The position numbers and the translations under genes were made by a program. Positions 35,249-47,371 of a stretch of DNA of 64,000 nt are shown piece by piece; within the stretch, counting starts at the first letter, position 1, and every line of letters starts with the position of its first letter. The stretch lies in the NCBI GenBank assembly GCA_963845925.1, contig CAWJUA010000013.1, forward strand, positions 33,507-97,506. The letters run 5' to 3'. The notes beneath the pieces were generated by a model. That model did not search any database and had not been told where the DNA came from. It saw nothing but the letters and a program-made list of their open reading frames with translations. This DNA is from an uncultured Chloroflexia bacterium (GTDB lineage: Bacteria; Chloroflexota; Limnocylindria; Limnocylindrales; CSP1-4).

Positions 35249-37918
35249 TCAGGCGCTGCGAAGCTTGACCCGCCGCCGGGTCAGCGCCGCCGGCTCGACG
35301 GGTGGCTCGGCCCCTGAGGCTGCGGGCAGCGGGCCAAACGTCTTCGCGGTGAATGTTGCACCGTCGACCGGCCTGGCGAACAGGTATCCCTGGCCGAACT
35401 CGCAGCCCATCTCCCGCAGCCGATCGAGCTGCCCGGCATCCTCGACGCCCTCGGCGACGATCCGCAGGCCGAGCGTCCGGCCGAGGGCGACGATCGAGTG
35501 GGCGAACGCCCAATCGTCGCTCCCGCCGTCGGCGGCGCCGATGAACTCGCGGGCGATCTTGAGGATGTCGACCTGGAACCGGCGAAGGTAGCCCAGCGAG
35601 GAGTAGCCGGTTCCGAAGTCGTCGATCGCGATCCGGATGCCGAGCTGTCGCAGGGCCTGGAGGCGCGCGATCGTCGTATGCGTGTCGTGGAACATCGCCG
35701 TCTCGGTGAGCTCGAGCACCAGCGAGGTCGCCGGGAAGCCGGTCTCGTCGAGGATCCGCCCGATGTCGTCGACGAAGTCCGCGTCCTGGAGCTGGGCGGC
35801 CGACAGGTTGATCGTCAGGACGAGCGGCTCCGGCCGAGGCCATTGCCGCTGCCAGGTGGCCACCTCGCGGCACGCCTCCAGCAGCACCCAGCGGCCGAGG
35901 CCGAGGATCGCCCCGCTCTCTTCGGCGAGGCGGATGAACTCGTCTGGACCGACGATGCCGCGGGTGGGGTGCCGCCAGCGGACGAGCGCCTCGACGCCGT
36001 ACAGTCCGCCGGTCGCGAGGCCGATGATCGGCTGGTAGTACACGGCCAGCTCCCCGCGGACGATGCCGCGGGTCAGCTCGGACGAGAGCGCGTGCCGTTC
36101 GATGATCGCCGCATGCATCGTCGGCTCGAAGACGGCGTACTGGCTCTTGCCCAGGGCTTTGGCCCGGTACATCGCCACGTCCGCGTTGCGGAGCAGGTCG
36201 TCGGCCCGCTCGCGTGGGTCACGCGCGGCGGCGAGCCCGATGCTCGCGCTGATCGAGACCTCCTGGCCCTCGATCGGGAGCGGGACCTTCAGTGCCTCGA
36301 GGAGACGCTGGCACACCGACAGGGACCGGCTCAGATCGGGGACGTCGTCCAGCAGGATGGCGAACTCGTCGCCCCCGAGGCGGGCCGCGACGTCGCCGGC
36401 CCGGACGCAGCTCCGGACGCGGTCGGCAACCGCGACGAGCAGATGGTCGCCGGCGACGTGGCCCATGCTGTCGTTCACGACCTTGAAGTCGTCGAGGTCG
36501 ACGAAGAGGACCACCGGCAGCAGGTCCGGCGTGGGCAGCACGAGGCGCGCGTTGACCTGCTCGGTGAAGAGGTTCCGGTTGCCGAGGCCGGTGAGCGGGT
36601 CGTGGTAGGCCTGGTGGCGCAGCTCCTCCTTGAGCCGCGACAGCTCGGCAAGCGACTGTTCCAGCTGGCCGTTCTCGAGCGCGGTGGCGGCCTGGTTGGC
36701 GAGCGTCTCGAGGAGCCGTAGATCCTCGTCGGTAAACGACGTGGCTTCGGTCAAGCGGTTGGCGATCTGGATCGAGCCGATCGTGCCGGCTTCTCCGCGG
36801 AGTGGCGCCATCATCGCCTGACGGACGCCGTCCGCATGCGGGTCGCCGACTGCGGGAACGTGAAAGAACGCGTGCGGCTCCGACTCGACTCGCATGCGGA
36901 TCGGGTCGTCCGGCGCGAGCCTGACCGGCACCATCGTGGTCGGCGGCTCGGCCTCGGCGGTCCGCGTGAGCAACGCGTCGCCCTCGGCCGAGCGTGGGTA
37001 AAGCACGACCTCTGCCCGTTCAGCGCGGAACATGGTTCGGGCGTGTTCAAGCAACGCCACGATCGCCGAATCCAGCTCGGGCGAGTGCTGCAGGATGCGG
37101 CCGGACTGATAGAGGAACTCGAGACGCTGGCCCTTCTCGCGCTCGGAGAGGTAGGCGCGGTAGGCGAGGAAGACCGTGCCGAGCGGAACGACGAGGAGCC
37201 AGAGCAGGCGGGGCTCGACCCACAGGATCGAGACCGCCAGCAGCGCCAGGCTCGTATTCGCGACAGCCACGAGCGTGCCGAACTGGATCATCTCCGGCAG
37301 CTTCTGGAACTGCGGGGCGCCACCGGACAGCGAGATCGCGGTGGCGATGGCAAAGGCGCTGACGACGGTCGCTGCGAGCGTTCCGGCGAACGCCGCGAGC
37401 CAGTCGCCGCTCGTCGGCTGGCCGGCCGGCGAAGCGAGGAGGTGGAAGACCGTCAGGGACACCGCGGCCGAGATCGCGAAATTGCTGAGGTTGAAGGCGA
37501 ACTTCAACGGAGGCTGGCGGAAGTAGATCAGGGCCGAGCCAGACCCGAGCAGCATTGCCAGGAGGTACTGGTCCGGCGACAGCAGGAAGAGACCGAGAAC
37601 GGCCGGGAACTCGCTCAGGGAGAAGGAGTGCTTCTCCCTCCGGAAATGGACGTCGACGACCTTGAGCTCGGCGAGGAAGAAGCCGATCGCGAGGACGGGC
37701 CAGGGAATGTTGAAGGGCTGGGCCGGCGCCGGCAGTCCCCGGAGCTGCGTCAGGTAGAGCAGCAGGGCGCATGTCGCGATCCCCGCGCTGAAGCTCCAGA
37801 CCCGCACCGTCACCGGGATCGCCGCGAGGGCACGCCGAATCGGGACGCCGGCGGCGGCGACCGGCCAGTTGCGCGAACCGGTTGGCTCGACCCGTTGGGT
37901 TTTGACCCCTCGGGACAT
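35249..37918 (-). CDS. Membrane diguanylate cyclase/phosphodiesterase (multi-TM, GAF, GGDEF, EAL)
   Basis: GGAGG RBS and ATG 37918; about 6-7 hydrophobic segments; GAF (FTDEDLRLLETLANQ); DLDDFK, RAGD I-site, GGDEF, EAL, DDFGTGYSS, AEGVE and QGY. Confidence 0.93.
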   Translation of the reverse strand: MSRGVKTQRVEPTGSRNWPVAAAGVPIRRALAAIPVTVRVWSFSAGIATCALLLYLTQLRGLPAPAQPFNIPWPVLAIGFFLAELKVVDVHFRREKHSFSLSEFPAVLGLFLLSPDQYLLAMLLGSGSALIYFRQPPLKFAFNLSNFAISAAVSLTVFHLLASPAGQPTSGDWLAAFAGTLAATVVSAFAIATAISLSGGAPQFQKLPEMIQFGTLVAVANTSLALLAVSILWVEPRLLWLLVVPLGTVFLAYRAYLSEREKGQRLEFLYQSGRILQHSPELDSAIVALLEHARTMFRAERAEVVLYPRSAEGDALLTRTAEAEPPTTMVPVRLAPDDPIRMRVESEPHAFFHVPAVGDPHADGVRQAMMAPLRGEAGTIGSIQIANRLTEATSFTDEDLRLLETLANQAATALENGQLEQSLAELSRLKEELRHQAYHDPLTGLGNRNLFTEQVNARLVLPTPDLLPVVLFVDLDDFKVVNDSMGHVAGDHLLVAVADRVRSCVRAGDVAARLGGDEFAILLDDVPDLSRSLSVCQRLLEALKVPLPIEGQEVSISASIGLAAARDPRERADDLLRNADVAMYRAKALGKSQYAVFEPTMHAAIIERHALSSELTRGIVRGELAVYYQPIIGLATGGLYGVEALVRWRHPTRGIVGPDEFIRLAEESGAILGLGRWVLLEACREVATWQRQWPRPEPLVLTINLSAAQLQDADFVDDIGRILDETGFPATSLVLELTETAMFHDTHTTIARLQALRQLGIRIAIDDFGTGYSSLGYLRRFQVDILKIAREFIGAADGGSDDWAFAHSIVALGRTLGLRIVAEGVEDAGQLDRLREMGCEFGQGYLFARPVDGATFTAKTFGPLPAASGAEPPVEPAALTRRRVKLRSA

Positions 37919-38141
37919 CAGACCTCCAGAGTTTCGTCTCCGTCCGGGCATTCTGTGGCCGCTTCGGCACATCTGGCCGTTGAACGAAGGTACGGGTCGG
38001 GGCATGACGAAGGTCACCGGACCGCATTCCTCCTGACCAATCCGCACACCGGATATCGCGGATGGGGATCGGACGACGTCGGGATGAACGCGCCCCTGTG
38101 CTAGCCTGAAAGGCCCCATTTCACGCAGGTTTCGAGTCGTC

Positions 38142-39581
38142 ATGAGCCAGCCGCGAACGATCGTCGAGAAGATCTGGGACGACCACGTCGTCGTCCAGGA
38201 GCCGGGTGCCCCGGCGGTCCTCGCGGTCGACCTCCACCTCGTCCACGAGGTCACGTCGCCGCAGGCGTTCTCGGGGCTTCGCGCCCGCGGCCTGCGGGTC
38301 CGCCATCCGGACCGGACCGTCGCCACCGCGGATCACTCGACGCCGACCCACTCGCGCTCCCTGCCAATGGCCGACCCGATGGCGGCGGCCCAGGTCGACC
38401 AGCTGACGCGCAACTGCGAGGAGTTCGGCGTCCCGCTCCATGGCCTCGGCTCGCCGAGCCAGGGGATCGTCCACGTCATCGGCCCCCAGCTGGGCCTGAC
38501 CCAGCCCGGGATGACGATCGTCTGCGGCGACTCCCACACCGCGACCCATGGCGCGTTCGGGGCGCTCGCGTTCGGGATCGGGACGAGCGAGGTCGAGATG
38601 GTCCTCGCGACGCAGACGCTGCTCCAGCGCCAGCCGAAGACCTACGAGGTCCGCGTCGACGGCCGTCTCTCGCCCGGCGTCAGCGCGAAGGACATCATCC
38701 TCGCCCTGATCGCCCGGATCGGGATCGGCGGCGGGACCGGCCACGTGTTCGAGTACACCGGCGACGCGATCCGCGCCCTGACGATGGAACAGCGGATGAC
38801 GATCTGCAACATGAGCATCGAGGGCGGCGCGCGGGCCGGCCTGATCGCCCCGGACGACACGACGTTCGACTACGTTCACGGCCGGGCGCATGCCCCGCAG
38901 GGCGCAGCCTGGGATGCCGCCGTGGAGCGCTGGCGTTCGCTCCCCACCGACGAGGGCGCGAGCTACGACCGGTCGATCACGATCGACGCCGCCGCCCTCG
39001 AGCCGATGGTCACGTACGGCACGAACCCGGGCATGGGCATCCCGATCACGTCGCTCGTCCCGTCGCCTGATGCCCAGCCCGATCCGTCCGCCCGCCGGGC
39101 CCTCGAGCGGGCCCTCGAGTACATGGACCTCCTTCCCGGCCAGCCGATCCTCGGCCAGAAGGTCGACGTGGTCTTCGTCGGCTCGTGCACGAACGGCCGG
39201 ATCAGCGACCTGCGGCTCGCGGCGTCGGTGCTGAAGGACCGCAAGGTCGCCGACGGCGTCCGGGTGATGATCGTCCCGGGCTCCGACGAGGTGAAGCGCG
39301 AGGCCGAGCGCGAGGGACTCCACGAGGTCTTCCGGGCGGCCGGCGCCGAGTGGCGCGAGTCGGGCTGCTCGATGTGCATCGCGATGAACGGCGACCAGCT
39401 GGCGCCCGGCCAGTACGCGATCTCGACGTCGAATCGCAACTTCGAGGGCCGCCAGGGCAAGGGCGGCCGGACGTTCCTCGCCTCGCCGCTGACCGCCGCC
39501 GCGTCGGCGATCGCGGGCGTCGTCGCCGACCCGCGCAGGCTCGCCGGGATCGAGGCGATCGCCCCGGTCGGTGGGCGGTAG
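38142..39581 (+). CDS. leuC: 3-isopropylmalate dehydratase large subunit
   Basis: [24 protein letters not shown] and [12 protein letters not shown]. Confidence 0.97.
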   Translation: MSQPRTIVEKIWDDHVVVQEPGAPAVLAVDLHLVHEVTSPQAFSGLRARGLRVRHPDRTVATADHSTPTHSRSLPMADPMAAAQVDQLTRNCEEFGVPLHGLGSPSQGIVHVIGPQLGLTQPGMTIVCGDSHTATHGAFGALAFGIGTSEVEMVLATQTLLQRQPKTYEVRVDGRLSPGVSAKDIILALIARIGIGGGTGHVFEYTGDAIRALTMEQRMTICNMSIEGGARAGLIAPDDTTFDYVHGRAHAPQGAAWDAAVERWRSLPTDEGASYDRSITIDAAALEPMVTYGTNPGMGIPITSLVPSPDAQPDPSARRALERALEYMDLLPGQPILGQKVDVVFVGSCTNGRISDLRLAASVLKDRKVADGVRVMIVPGSDEVKREAEREGLHEVFRAAGAEWRESGCSMCIAMNGDQLAPGQYAISTSNRNFEGRQGKGGRTFLASPLTAAASAIAGVVADPRRLAGIEAIAPVGGR

Positions 39582-39584
39582 CCG

Positions 39585-40205
39585 ATGGCCGAGCCGTTCG
39601 AAACGTTCACGAGCCGCGTCATCGCGCTGCCCGCAGAGAACGTCGACACGGATCAGATCGTCCCCGCCCGCTACCTGAAGGTCACCGACAAGGCCGGCCT
39701 CGCCGAGGCGCTCTTCCGCGACTGGCGCTTCGAGGAGGACGGATCGTTGCGCGAGCCGCGGTTCGTGCTCGACCAGCCGGCGATGGCCGGGCGCCGGATC
39801 CTGCTCGCGGGCGACAACTTCGGCGCCGGATCGTCGCGCGAGCACGCCCCGTGGGCCCTGACCTCGTGGGGGATCCGGGCGATCCTCTCGACGTCGTTCG
39901 CCGACATCTTCCGCAACAACGCCCTGAAGAACGGCCTGCTGCCGATCGTCGTCGAGGCGGACGAGCACAGCCACCTCTTCGAGCTGGTCGAGGCGAATCC
40001 GGCCACGGAGCTGACGGTCGACCTCGAGGCCCAGGTCGTCCACCTCCCGGGCGACGAGGACCTGCCGTTCGACGTCGACCCGTTCGCCCGGGTGATGCTC
40101 CTCGCCGGCACCGACGAGATGGGCTATCTGCTGGGCAAGACGTCCGACATCGACCGCTGGGAGGCGGCCCACCCTGCCCGCGTCGACACGCTGGTCGCCG
40201 GCTGA
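39585..40205 (+). CDS. leuD: 3-isopropylmalate dehydratase small subunit
   Basis: NVDTDQI, NFGAGSSREHA and FADIFRNN. Confidence 0.96.
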   Translation: MAEPFETFTSRVIALPAENVDTDQIVPARYLKVTDKAGLAEALFRDWRFEEDGSLREPRFVLDQPAMAGRRILLAGDNFGAGSSREHAPWALTSWGIRAILSTSFADIFRNNALKNGLLPIVVEADEHSHLFELVEANPATELTVDLEAQVVHLPGDEDLPFDVDPFARVMLLAGTDEMGYLLGKTSDIDRWEAAHPARVDTLVAG

Positions 40206-40255
40206 TCGCCTTGCGGCGCCGGAACCCGTCGCCGACGACGGTCGTCTCCGGGCGC

Positions 40256-40846
40256 ATGACGACAGCTCACCCCGTCCGACCCGTCCGACGCGTCCGTCTC
40301 GCCCTTGCCCTCGCCCTCGCGCTCACGCCGGCCCTCGGGGCCTGCTCGAGCGCGGCCGCTCCGACGGCTCCTCCCTCGGCTCCGGCTGTGACGTCGCCGC
40401 CGTCGCAGCCACCGTCGTCCGGTCCCGCGACCGGCCCCGATGAGCCGGTGACCCAGCCACCCGGCAGCGGCACTGGCAGCGGCAGCGGCTTCAGCGGCAG
40501 CGGTGACGGAGGCGACCTCGTGATCCCCCACCCCGGCACGATCAACCCCCACCCTGTCGCGGTCGAGTCGATCCTCACCAACGTCGACGGCCGGCACGTG
40601 ACCGCGAAGCTGACGTGGACGAGCGGCGTCGAGCCCTGCTACGTGCTGGATTCGATCGTCGTGTCGCGCGACGGCAGCGCGATCGACCTGACGGTCGTCG
40701 AGGGCGCCGCCGACGCCGGCGCGATCTGCATCGAGATCGCCAAGACGAAGTCGACGATCGTCGACCTCGGCGAGCTCGAGCCCGGCACGTACACGATCGC
40801 CGCCACGAACAGCCGGATCCCACCGGTGGCCGTCACGGTGAGTTGA
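40256..40846 (+). CDS. Putative lipoprotein
   Basis: Arg-rich N-terminus, LGAC lipobox, Pro/Gly/Ser linker and a small domain with two Cys. Confidence 0.75.
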   Translation: MTTAHPVRPVRRVRLALALALALTPALGACSSAAAPTAPPSAPAVTSPPSQPPSSGPATGPDEPVTQPPGSGTGSGSGFSGSGDGGDLVIPHPGTINPHPVAVESILTNVDGRHVTAKLTWTSGVEPCYVLDSIVVSRDGSAIDLTVVEGAADAGAICIEIAKTKSTIVDLGELEPGTYTIAATNSRIPPVAVTVS

Positions 40847-40904
40847 CCGGCGCCTCGTCCGGCCCCGGACCGACGGACCGCGGAGCCTCCCCCATACTCG
40901 ACCA

Positions 40905-42086
40905 GTGAACGGGTTCGACCTCGTGATCGTCGTCCTCGTCGTGGTCGCGGTCGCCATCGGCTTCCGATCCGGCGCGCTGCCCCAGCTGGTCGGCCTCGCC
41001 GGCGCGCTCCTCGGAGGCGGCCTCGCGCTCCTCCTCCTGCCCCACCTCGACGGCCCGATCGGCTCGATCCAATCGCCCCAGCTCAGGGCGTTCGTGGTCC
41101 TCGCCGCAATCCTGTTCAGCGTCGGCATCGGCGAGGCGGTCGGGTCGGCCGTCGGGCGGACGGCGGCGGCGATGCTCGGCGAGGGCGTGTTCGGGGCGAT
41201 GGACCGGGTGTTCGGCGGCGTCGTCGGCGGTGCCCAGGCGCTGCTCGTCGTCTGGCTCACCGGCGGCCTCCTCGCCGCCGGCCCCAGCCCGACGCTCGCC
41301 AGCCAGGCCCAGACCTCGCTGTTCGTCCGGACGCTCGGGGCGTACCTGCCGGCGCCGACGGAGCTCGCGGCCGAGCTGTCCCAGATGCTCGACGACACGG
41401 GCCTGCCGGACCTCTTTGTGGGCCTCGAGCCGCTGCCGGCGCCACCGGTCACGCTGCCCGACGACCCGCTCGTCCAGCGGCTGGCCGAGGCCGCGCAACC
41501 CAGCACGGTCAAGGTGACCGCCGGGACCTGCCTCTCGATCTCGTCCGGGACCGGCTTCGTCGTGGAGCGGGACTATGTCGTCACGAATGCTCACGTCGTC
41601 GCCGGCGCGAGCACGATCCGCGTCGCCGCCGCCCGCGGCGAGGTCCACGACGCGGCGCCGGTGCTGTTCGATCCCGATCTCGACATCGCCCTGCTCTACG
41701 TGCCCGGGCTCGCGGCGCCGCCCCTCCACCTCGCGTCGACGGATCCGAGCCGCGGCGCGAGCGGGGCGACGTTCGGGTTCCCGGGCGGGCTCGGGCTCGA
41801 CATCGAGCCGGCAGCGGTCGCGGACGCCTACCCGGCCCGCGGCCGCGACATCTACGGCGACGGCCACGTCACGCGACGGATCCTCGAGCTGCGCTCCAGG
41901 ATCGAGCAGGGCGACAGCGGCGGTCCGCTCGTGCTCTCGGACGGGACCGTCGGCGGCGTCGTGTTCGCCGAAGCCCGGACCGACCGGGAGGTCGGTTACG
42001 CGCTGACCCCGACGAGCGTCCGGTCGGCGATCGCGCCGGCGCTCGGACGGACCGGCGAGGTCCCGGTCGGGAACTGCATCCACTGA
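40905..42086 (+). CDS. MarP-like membrane serine protease (CvpA-like TM region plus trypsin domain)
   Basis: Four N-terminal TM segments; TNAHVV, DIA and GDSGG triad motifs. Confidence 0.9.
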   Translation: MNGFDLVIVVLVVVAVAIGFRSGALPQLVGLAGALLGGGLALLLLPHLDGPIGSIQSPQLRAFVVLAAILFSVGIGEAVGSAVGRTAAAMLGEGVFGAMDRVFGGVVGGAQALLVVWLTGGLLAAGPSPTLASQAQTSLFVRTLGAYLPAPTELAAELSQMLDDTGLPDLFVGLEPLPAPPVTLPDDPLVQRLAEAAQPSTVKVTAGTCLSISSGTGFVVERDYVVTNAHVVAGASTIRVAAARGEVHDAAPVLFDPDLDIALLYVPGLAAPPLHLASTDPSRGASGATFGFPGGLGLDIEPAAVADAYPARGRDIYGDGHVTRRILELRSRIEQGDSGGPLVLSDGTVGGVVFAEARTDREVGYALTPTSVRSAIAPALGRTGEVPVGNCIH

Positions 42087-42132
42087 CGCCGGGCCGGCGG
42101 CGGCGCGGCCCCGCGACCGCTAGAGTCCGCCC

Positions 42133-43848
42133 ATGACCGACACACCCGCCGCCGACGCGGCCGCCGACCTCCTGTCCCTCGCCGACGAGGTCTGGACCGG
42201 GCTGATGGCCGTCCAGCCGATCTACGCGACCGCGATCGGCGACCGCCGGTACCTGGACGGGCTGCCGCCGAACGACGACGGCGCGATCGATCGCGAGCGC
42301 CGGCGCCTGGCCGAGCAACTGGACCGGACGCGCGAGATCCCCCCGGACGGCATGACGCCGGCCGAGCGGGTGACGCGCGACGCGCTCGTCGACACGCTCG
42401 AATTCGAGCTGGGTGTCGTGGAGAGTGGCGTCGCCCGGTGGGCGGTCGACCCGCTCGATGGCCCGCAGGTCACGTTCCTCAATATTCCCAGCTTCCAGCC
42501 GCTCTCGACGGTCGAGGATGGCGCGGCCCTGCTGGCACGCTGGCGGGAGATGGGCCCGTGGATCGATCGCCACGTCGCGGGCCTGCGGGCTGCGGCGCGG
42601 GACGGGCTCGTCGCGCCCCGTGCGCTGGTGGACAGCGTCGTCGCCGAGCTCGACGACCTCCTGGCGAGGCCCGATGACGTGTGGCCGCTGGCCCGGCCGT
42701 CGGCCGCCGATCCTGCCGGCTGGACCGGCGCGGAGCGGGACCGGTTCGCCGCGGCGATCGGAGCTGCCATTCGCGACGGCATCCGCCCGGCGTTCGAACG
42801 GCAGCGGGCCTACCTTGCCGACGAGCTGGCGCCGATCGCCCGTTCCGACGACCGGGCCGGGCTGGGCCACGTCCCGGGCGGCGAGGCCGCGTACGCCCAC
42901 CTCGTCGCCGCGCACACGACGGTCGATCTCGACCCCTCCGCCATCCATGCGATCGGCCTCGAGGAGGTCGACCGGATCGACGCCGAGTTCGCGGAGCTGG
43001 GCGGGCAGCTGCTGGGCACGTCGACTACCGCCGTGACCCTCGACCGGCTGCGCCTCGATCCGTCGCTCCGGTTCACCACCCGCGACGAGGTGCGCGAGAC
43101 CGCGGAGGCGTCGCTGCGACGGGCGAACGAGGCGATCCCGGCCTGGTTCGGGCGGCTGCCCGTCACGCCCTGCGAGGTCGTCGTCATGGGCGACCACGAG
43201 TCGGCCCATTCGACGATCGCCTACTACCGCCAGCCCGCCGCCGACGGCAGCCGCCCGGGCAGCTACTACATCAACACCACGCTGCCCGAGACGCGGCCGC
43301 GCTACGAGGCCGAGGCGCTCGCTTTCCACGAGGCCGTGCCGGGCCATCACCTCCAGCTCGCGATCGCCCAGGAGCTGGACCACCTGCCCGCGTTCCGGCG
43401 GTTCGGCGGACCAACGGCGTTCGTGGAGGGTTGGGGCCTGTACACGGAGCGCCTGGCCGGTGAGATGGGCCTCTACTCCGGGCCGCTCGACCGGTTCGGC
43501 GTCCTCTCGTTCGACGCATGGCGGGCGTGCCGGCTCGTCGTCGACACCGGGATGCACGCGCTGGGCTGGAGCCGCGGCCAGGCGATCGACTTCATGCTCG
43601 CCCATACCGCGCTCGGCGAGAACAACGTCGTCAACGAGGTCGGGCGCTACCTCGCGCTGCCGGGCCAGGCGCTGGCGTACAAGATCGGCCAGCGCGAGTT
43701 CCTCGCGCTCCGGGCGCAGGCCGAAGACGCGCTCGGGAGCGCGTTCGACATCCGGGCGTTCCACGACGCCGCGCTGGGCGAGGGCACCATCGGGTTGCGG
43801 ACGCTCCGCGGCGTCATCGAGGCCTGGATCGCGCGGACGTCCGCCTGA
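42133..43848 (+). CDS. DUF885 family protein (putative metallopeptidase)
   Basis: HEAVPGHH, EGWGLY, RLVVDTGMH and PGQALAYKIG. Confidence 0.9.
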   Translation: MTDTPAADAAADLLSLADEVWTGLMAVQPIYATAIGDRRYLDGLPPNDDGAIDRERRRLAEQLDRTREIPPDGMTPAERVTRDALVDTLEFELGVVESGVARWAVDPLDGPQVTFLNIPSFQPLSTVEDGAALLARWREMGPWIDRHVAGLRAAARDGLVAPRALVDSVVAELDDLLARPDDVWPLARPSAADPAGWTGAERDRFAAAIGAAIRDGIRPAFERQRAYLADELAPIARSDDRAGLGHVPGGEAAYAHLVAAHTTVDLDPSAIHAIGLEEVDRIDAEFAELGGQLLGTSTTAVTLDRLRLDPSLRFTTRDEVRETAEASLRRANEAIPAWFGRLPVTPCEVVVMGDHESAHSTIAYYRQPAADGSRPGSYYINTTLPETRPRYEAEALAFHEAVPGHHLQLAIAQELDHLPAFRRFGGPTAFVEGWGLYTERLAGEMGLYSGPLDRFGVLSFDAWRACRLVVDTGMHALGWSRGQAIDFMLAHTALGENNVVNEVGRYLALPGQALAYKIGQREFLALRAQAEDALGSAFDIRAFHDAALGEGTIGLRTLRGVIEAWIARTSA

Positions 43849-43881
43849 CGTCGGGCTGACGTGGGCGCGGCGCCTCCGCGG

Positions 43882-44307
43882 TCAGTGCGAGAACGAGTGG
43901 TCGACGTTCCGGAGGCGGTCGACGAGACAGTGCAGGACGCTGTGCTCGATTGACGGGTAGGAGTCCATCAGCGAGCGGAACTCGCGCCGGCCAAGGACGA
44001 GCAGCTTGGTCGGGGTCGTGGTCGTGGCCGTCGCCGTCCGCGGGCCGTCGTCGACGAGCGCGATCTCGCCGAGGAAGTCGCCCAATTCCATCGTCCTGAC
44101 GATCTGGCCGTGGACGTCGATCTCCACGGCGCCGTCGACGATCACGAAGAACTCCGAGCCCGGGGCGCCCTCCCGGGTCAGGACCTGGCCGGCCGGCACG
44201 TCGACCTCCTCGGTCAGCTGACCGACTTGTTCGATGTCGTGGCGCGACAGGTCCTTGAACAGCGGGACCTGCTTGAGCAGCTCGAGCTTGTGGTCGATCG
44301 GTGCCAT
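43882..44307 (-). CDS. Stand-alone cyclic nucleotide-binding domain protein
   Basis: VPLF, GDFLGEIAL and PRTAT; purine-rich RBS before ATG 44307. Confidence 0.88.
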   Translation of the reverse strand: MAPIDHKLELLKQVPLFKDLSRHDIEQVGQLTEEVDVPAGQVLTREGAPGSEFFVIVDGAVEIDVHGQIVRTMELGDFLGEIALVDDGPRTATATTTTPTKLLVLGRREFRSLMDSYPSIEHSVLHCLVDRLRNVDHSFSH

Positions 44308-44438
44308 CTCTCCCTCTCGGATGGTCATGACGGCCGTCGGGTTCGCGCAGCATACCGCTCCCGTCTCCCGGCATCGAGACCGGCCTCACGCCTACACTTG
44401 ACTGCGCCCGTTCCGCACGCTCACGAGGACGACGTCCG

Positions 44439-46171
<1,733 letters not shown>

Positions 46172-46179
46172 GGCGGCGC

Positions 46180-47067
46180 GTGGCGGCTGTCTCGATCGGG
46201 TTCAAGACCTCGCCCCAGAACGTCGACTGGCCGACGCTCGACGCGACGTGGGCCCGGGCCGGCGAGCTGGGCGTCTTCGACAGCGCCTGGCTGAACGACC
46301 ACATCACCGACCCCGCGGTCGAGCACGGCGGCCCCAGCTGGGAGTCGCTCACGCTGCTCGCCGCGCTCGCCCACCGGGTGCCCGGTCTCGCCGTCGGCCA
46401 CGGCGTGCTCTCCAACACGTTCCGCCAGCCGGTCCTCGTCGCGAAGGCGGCGACGGTCCTCGACCACGTGACCGGCGGTCGGTTCATCCTCGGCCTCGGG
46501 GCCGGCTGGCACGAGGGCGAGCATGTCCCGTTCGGGATCCCCCTGCCGCCGATCCGGGAGCGGTTCGACCGGTTCGAATCGGCCGTCGGGACGATCAAGG
46601 CGCTGTTCTCCGACGCCGCCGCCCGCGAGCCGGGCGTCGTCCGGCCCGATCCGTTCTATCCCCTCGACGGGGCGACGAACCTGCCGCCGCCGCTCACGCC
46701 GGGCGGCCCACCGATGTGGCTGGGCGGCCAGAAGAAGCGCGGCCTCGCGCTTGTCGCCCGGGAGGGCGCCGGCTGGATGCTGCCGGCGATCCCGACCTAC
46801 GACTACGACTACTTCGCCGACAAGCTGGACCGGATCCATGCCGAGCTCGCGTCGATCGGGCGCGACCCGGCCGGGTTCGCGTTCGCGGCCCAGCTGCCGA
46901 CCGGGAAGAGGGCCGAAGAGCGACGAGCCGCCGTCGCGGCTGGCGCACGGTTCGCGAAGATCGGGGCGACGCACCTGATCCTCGGGATGCCCGCCGGCCT
47001 GGGACCCGCGGGCATCGGCGTCGTCGCGGCCGAGGTCGCGACGCCGATCCGCGAGGCCATCGGGTGA
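46180..47067 (+). CDS. LLM-class flavin/F420-dependent oxidoreductase
   Basis: WLNDH, TVLDHVTGGRFILGLGAGW and PMWLGG. Confidence 0.88.
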   Translation: MAAVSIGFKTSPQNVDWPTLDATWARAGELGVFDSAWLNDHITDPAVEHGGPSWESLTLLAALAHRVPGLAVGHGVLSNTFRQPVLVAKAATVLDHVTGGRFILGLGAGWHEGEHVPFGIPLPPIRERFDRFESAVGTIKALFSDAAAREPGVVRPDPFYPLDGATNLPPPLTPGGPPMWLGGQKKRGLALVAREGAGWMLPAIPTYDYDYFADKLDRIHAELASIGRDPAGFAFAAQLPTGKRAEERRAAVAAGARFAKIGATHLILGMPAGLGPAGIGVVAAEVATPIREAIG

Positions 47068-47113
47068 GCATCGCGCTCACGGGGCCCGTGCCTGCGGCCG
47101 ACGGAGTCCATCC

Positions 47114-47359
47114 GTGACCGACAGGCCCGACGTCCCGCCGGATCCCACCGAGTACGACTCGGAGCGCAACGCCGCCGCCCGGGCCCGGGGCCTCGCCGCC
47201 CCGTACATCGCCGGCGGCCGCGACCCGGATCCCGAGGCCGGGCTGCAGGAGGAGCGGCGCTACCTGCGGCTGCTCCTGATCATGGTCGGCGTGATCATCG
47301 CCGCGGGCTTCGTCCTGGGCATCCTCGTCAACGCGATCTCCGTCATGACCGCCGGCTGA
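47114..47359 (+). CDS. Small hypothetical membrane protein
   Basis: 81 aa with a C-terminal TM helix; fills the gap between co-oriented genes. Confidence 0.65.
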   Translation: MTDRPDVPPDPTEYDSERNAAARARGLAAPYIAGGRDPDPEAGLQEERRYLRLLLIMVGVIIAAGFVLGILVNAISVMTAG

Positions 47360-47371
47360 GGCGCCCCGCCG

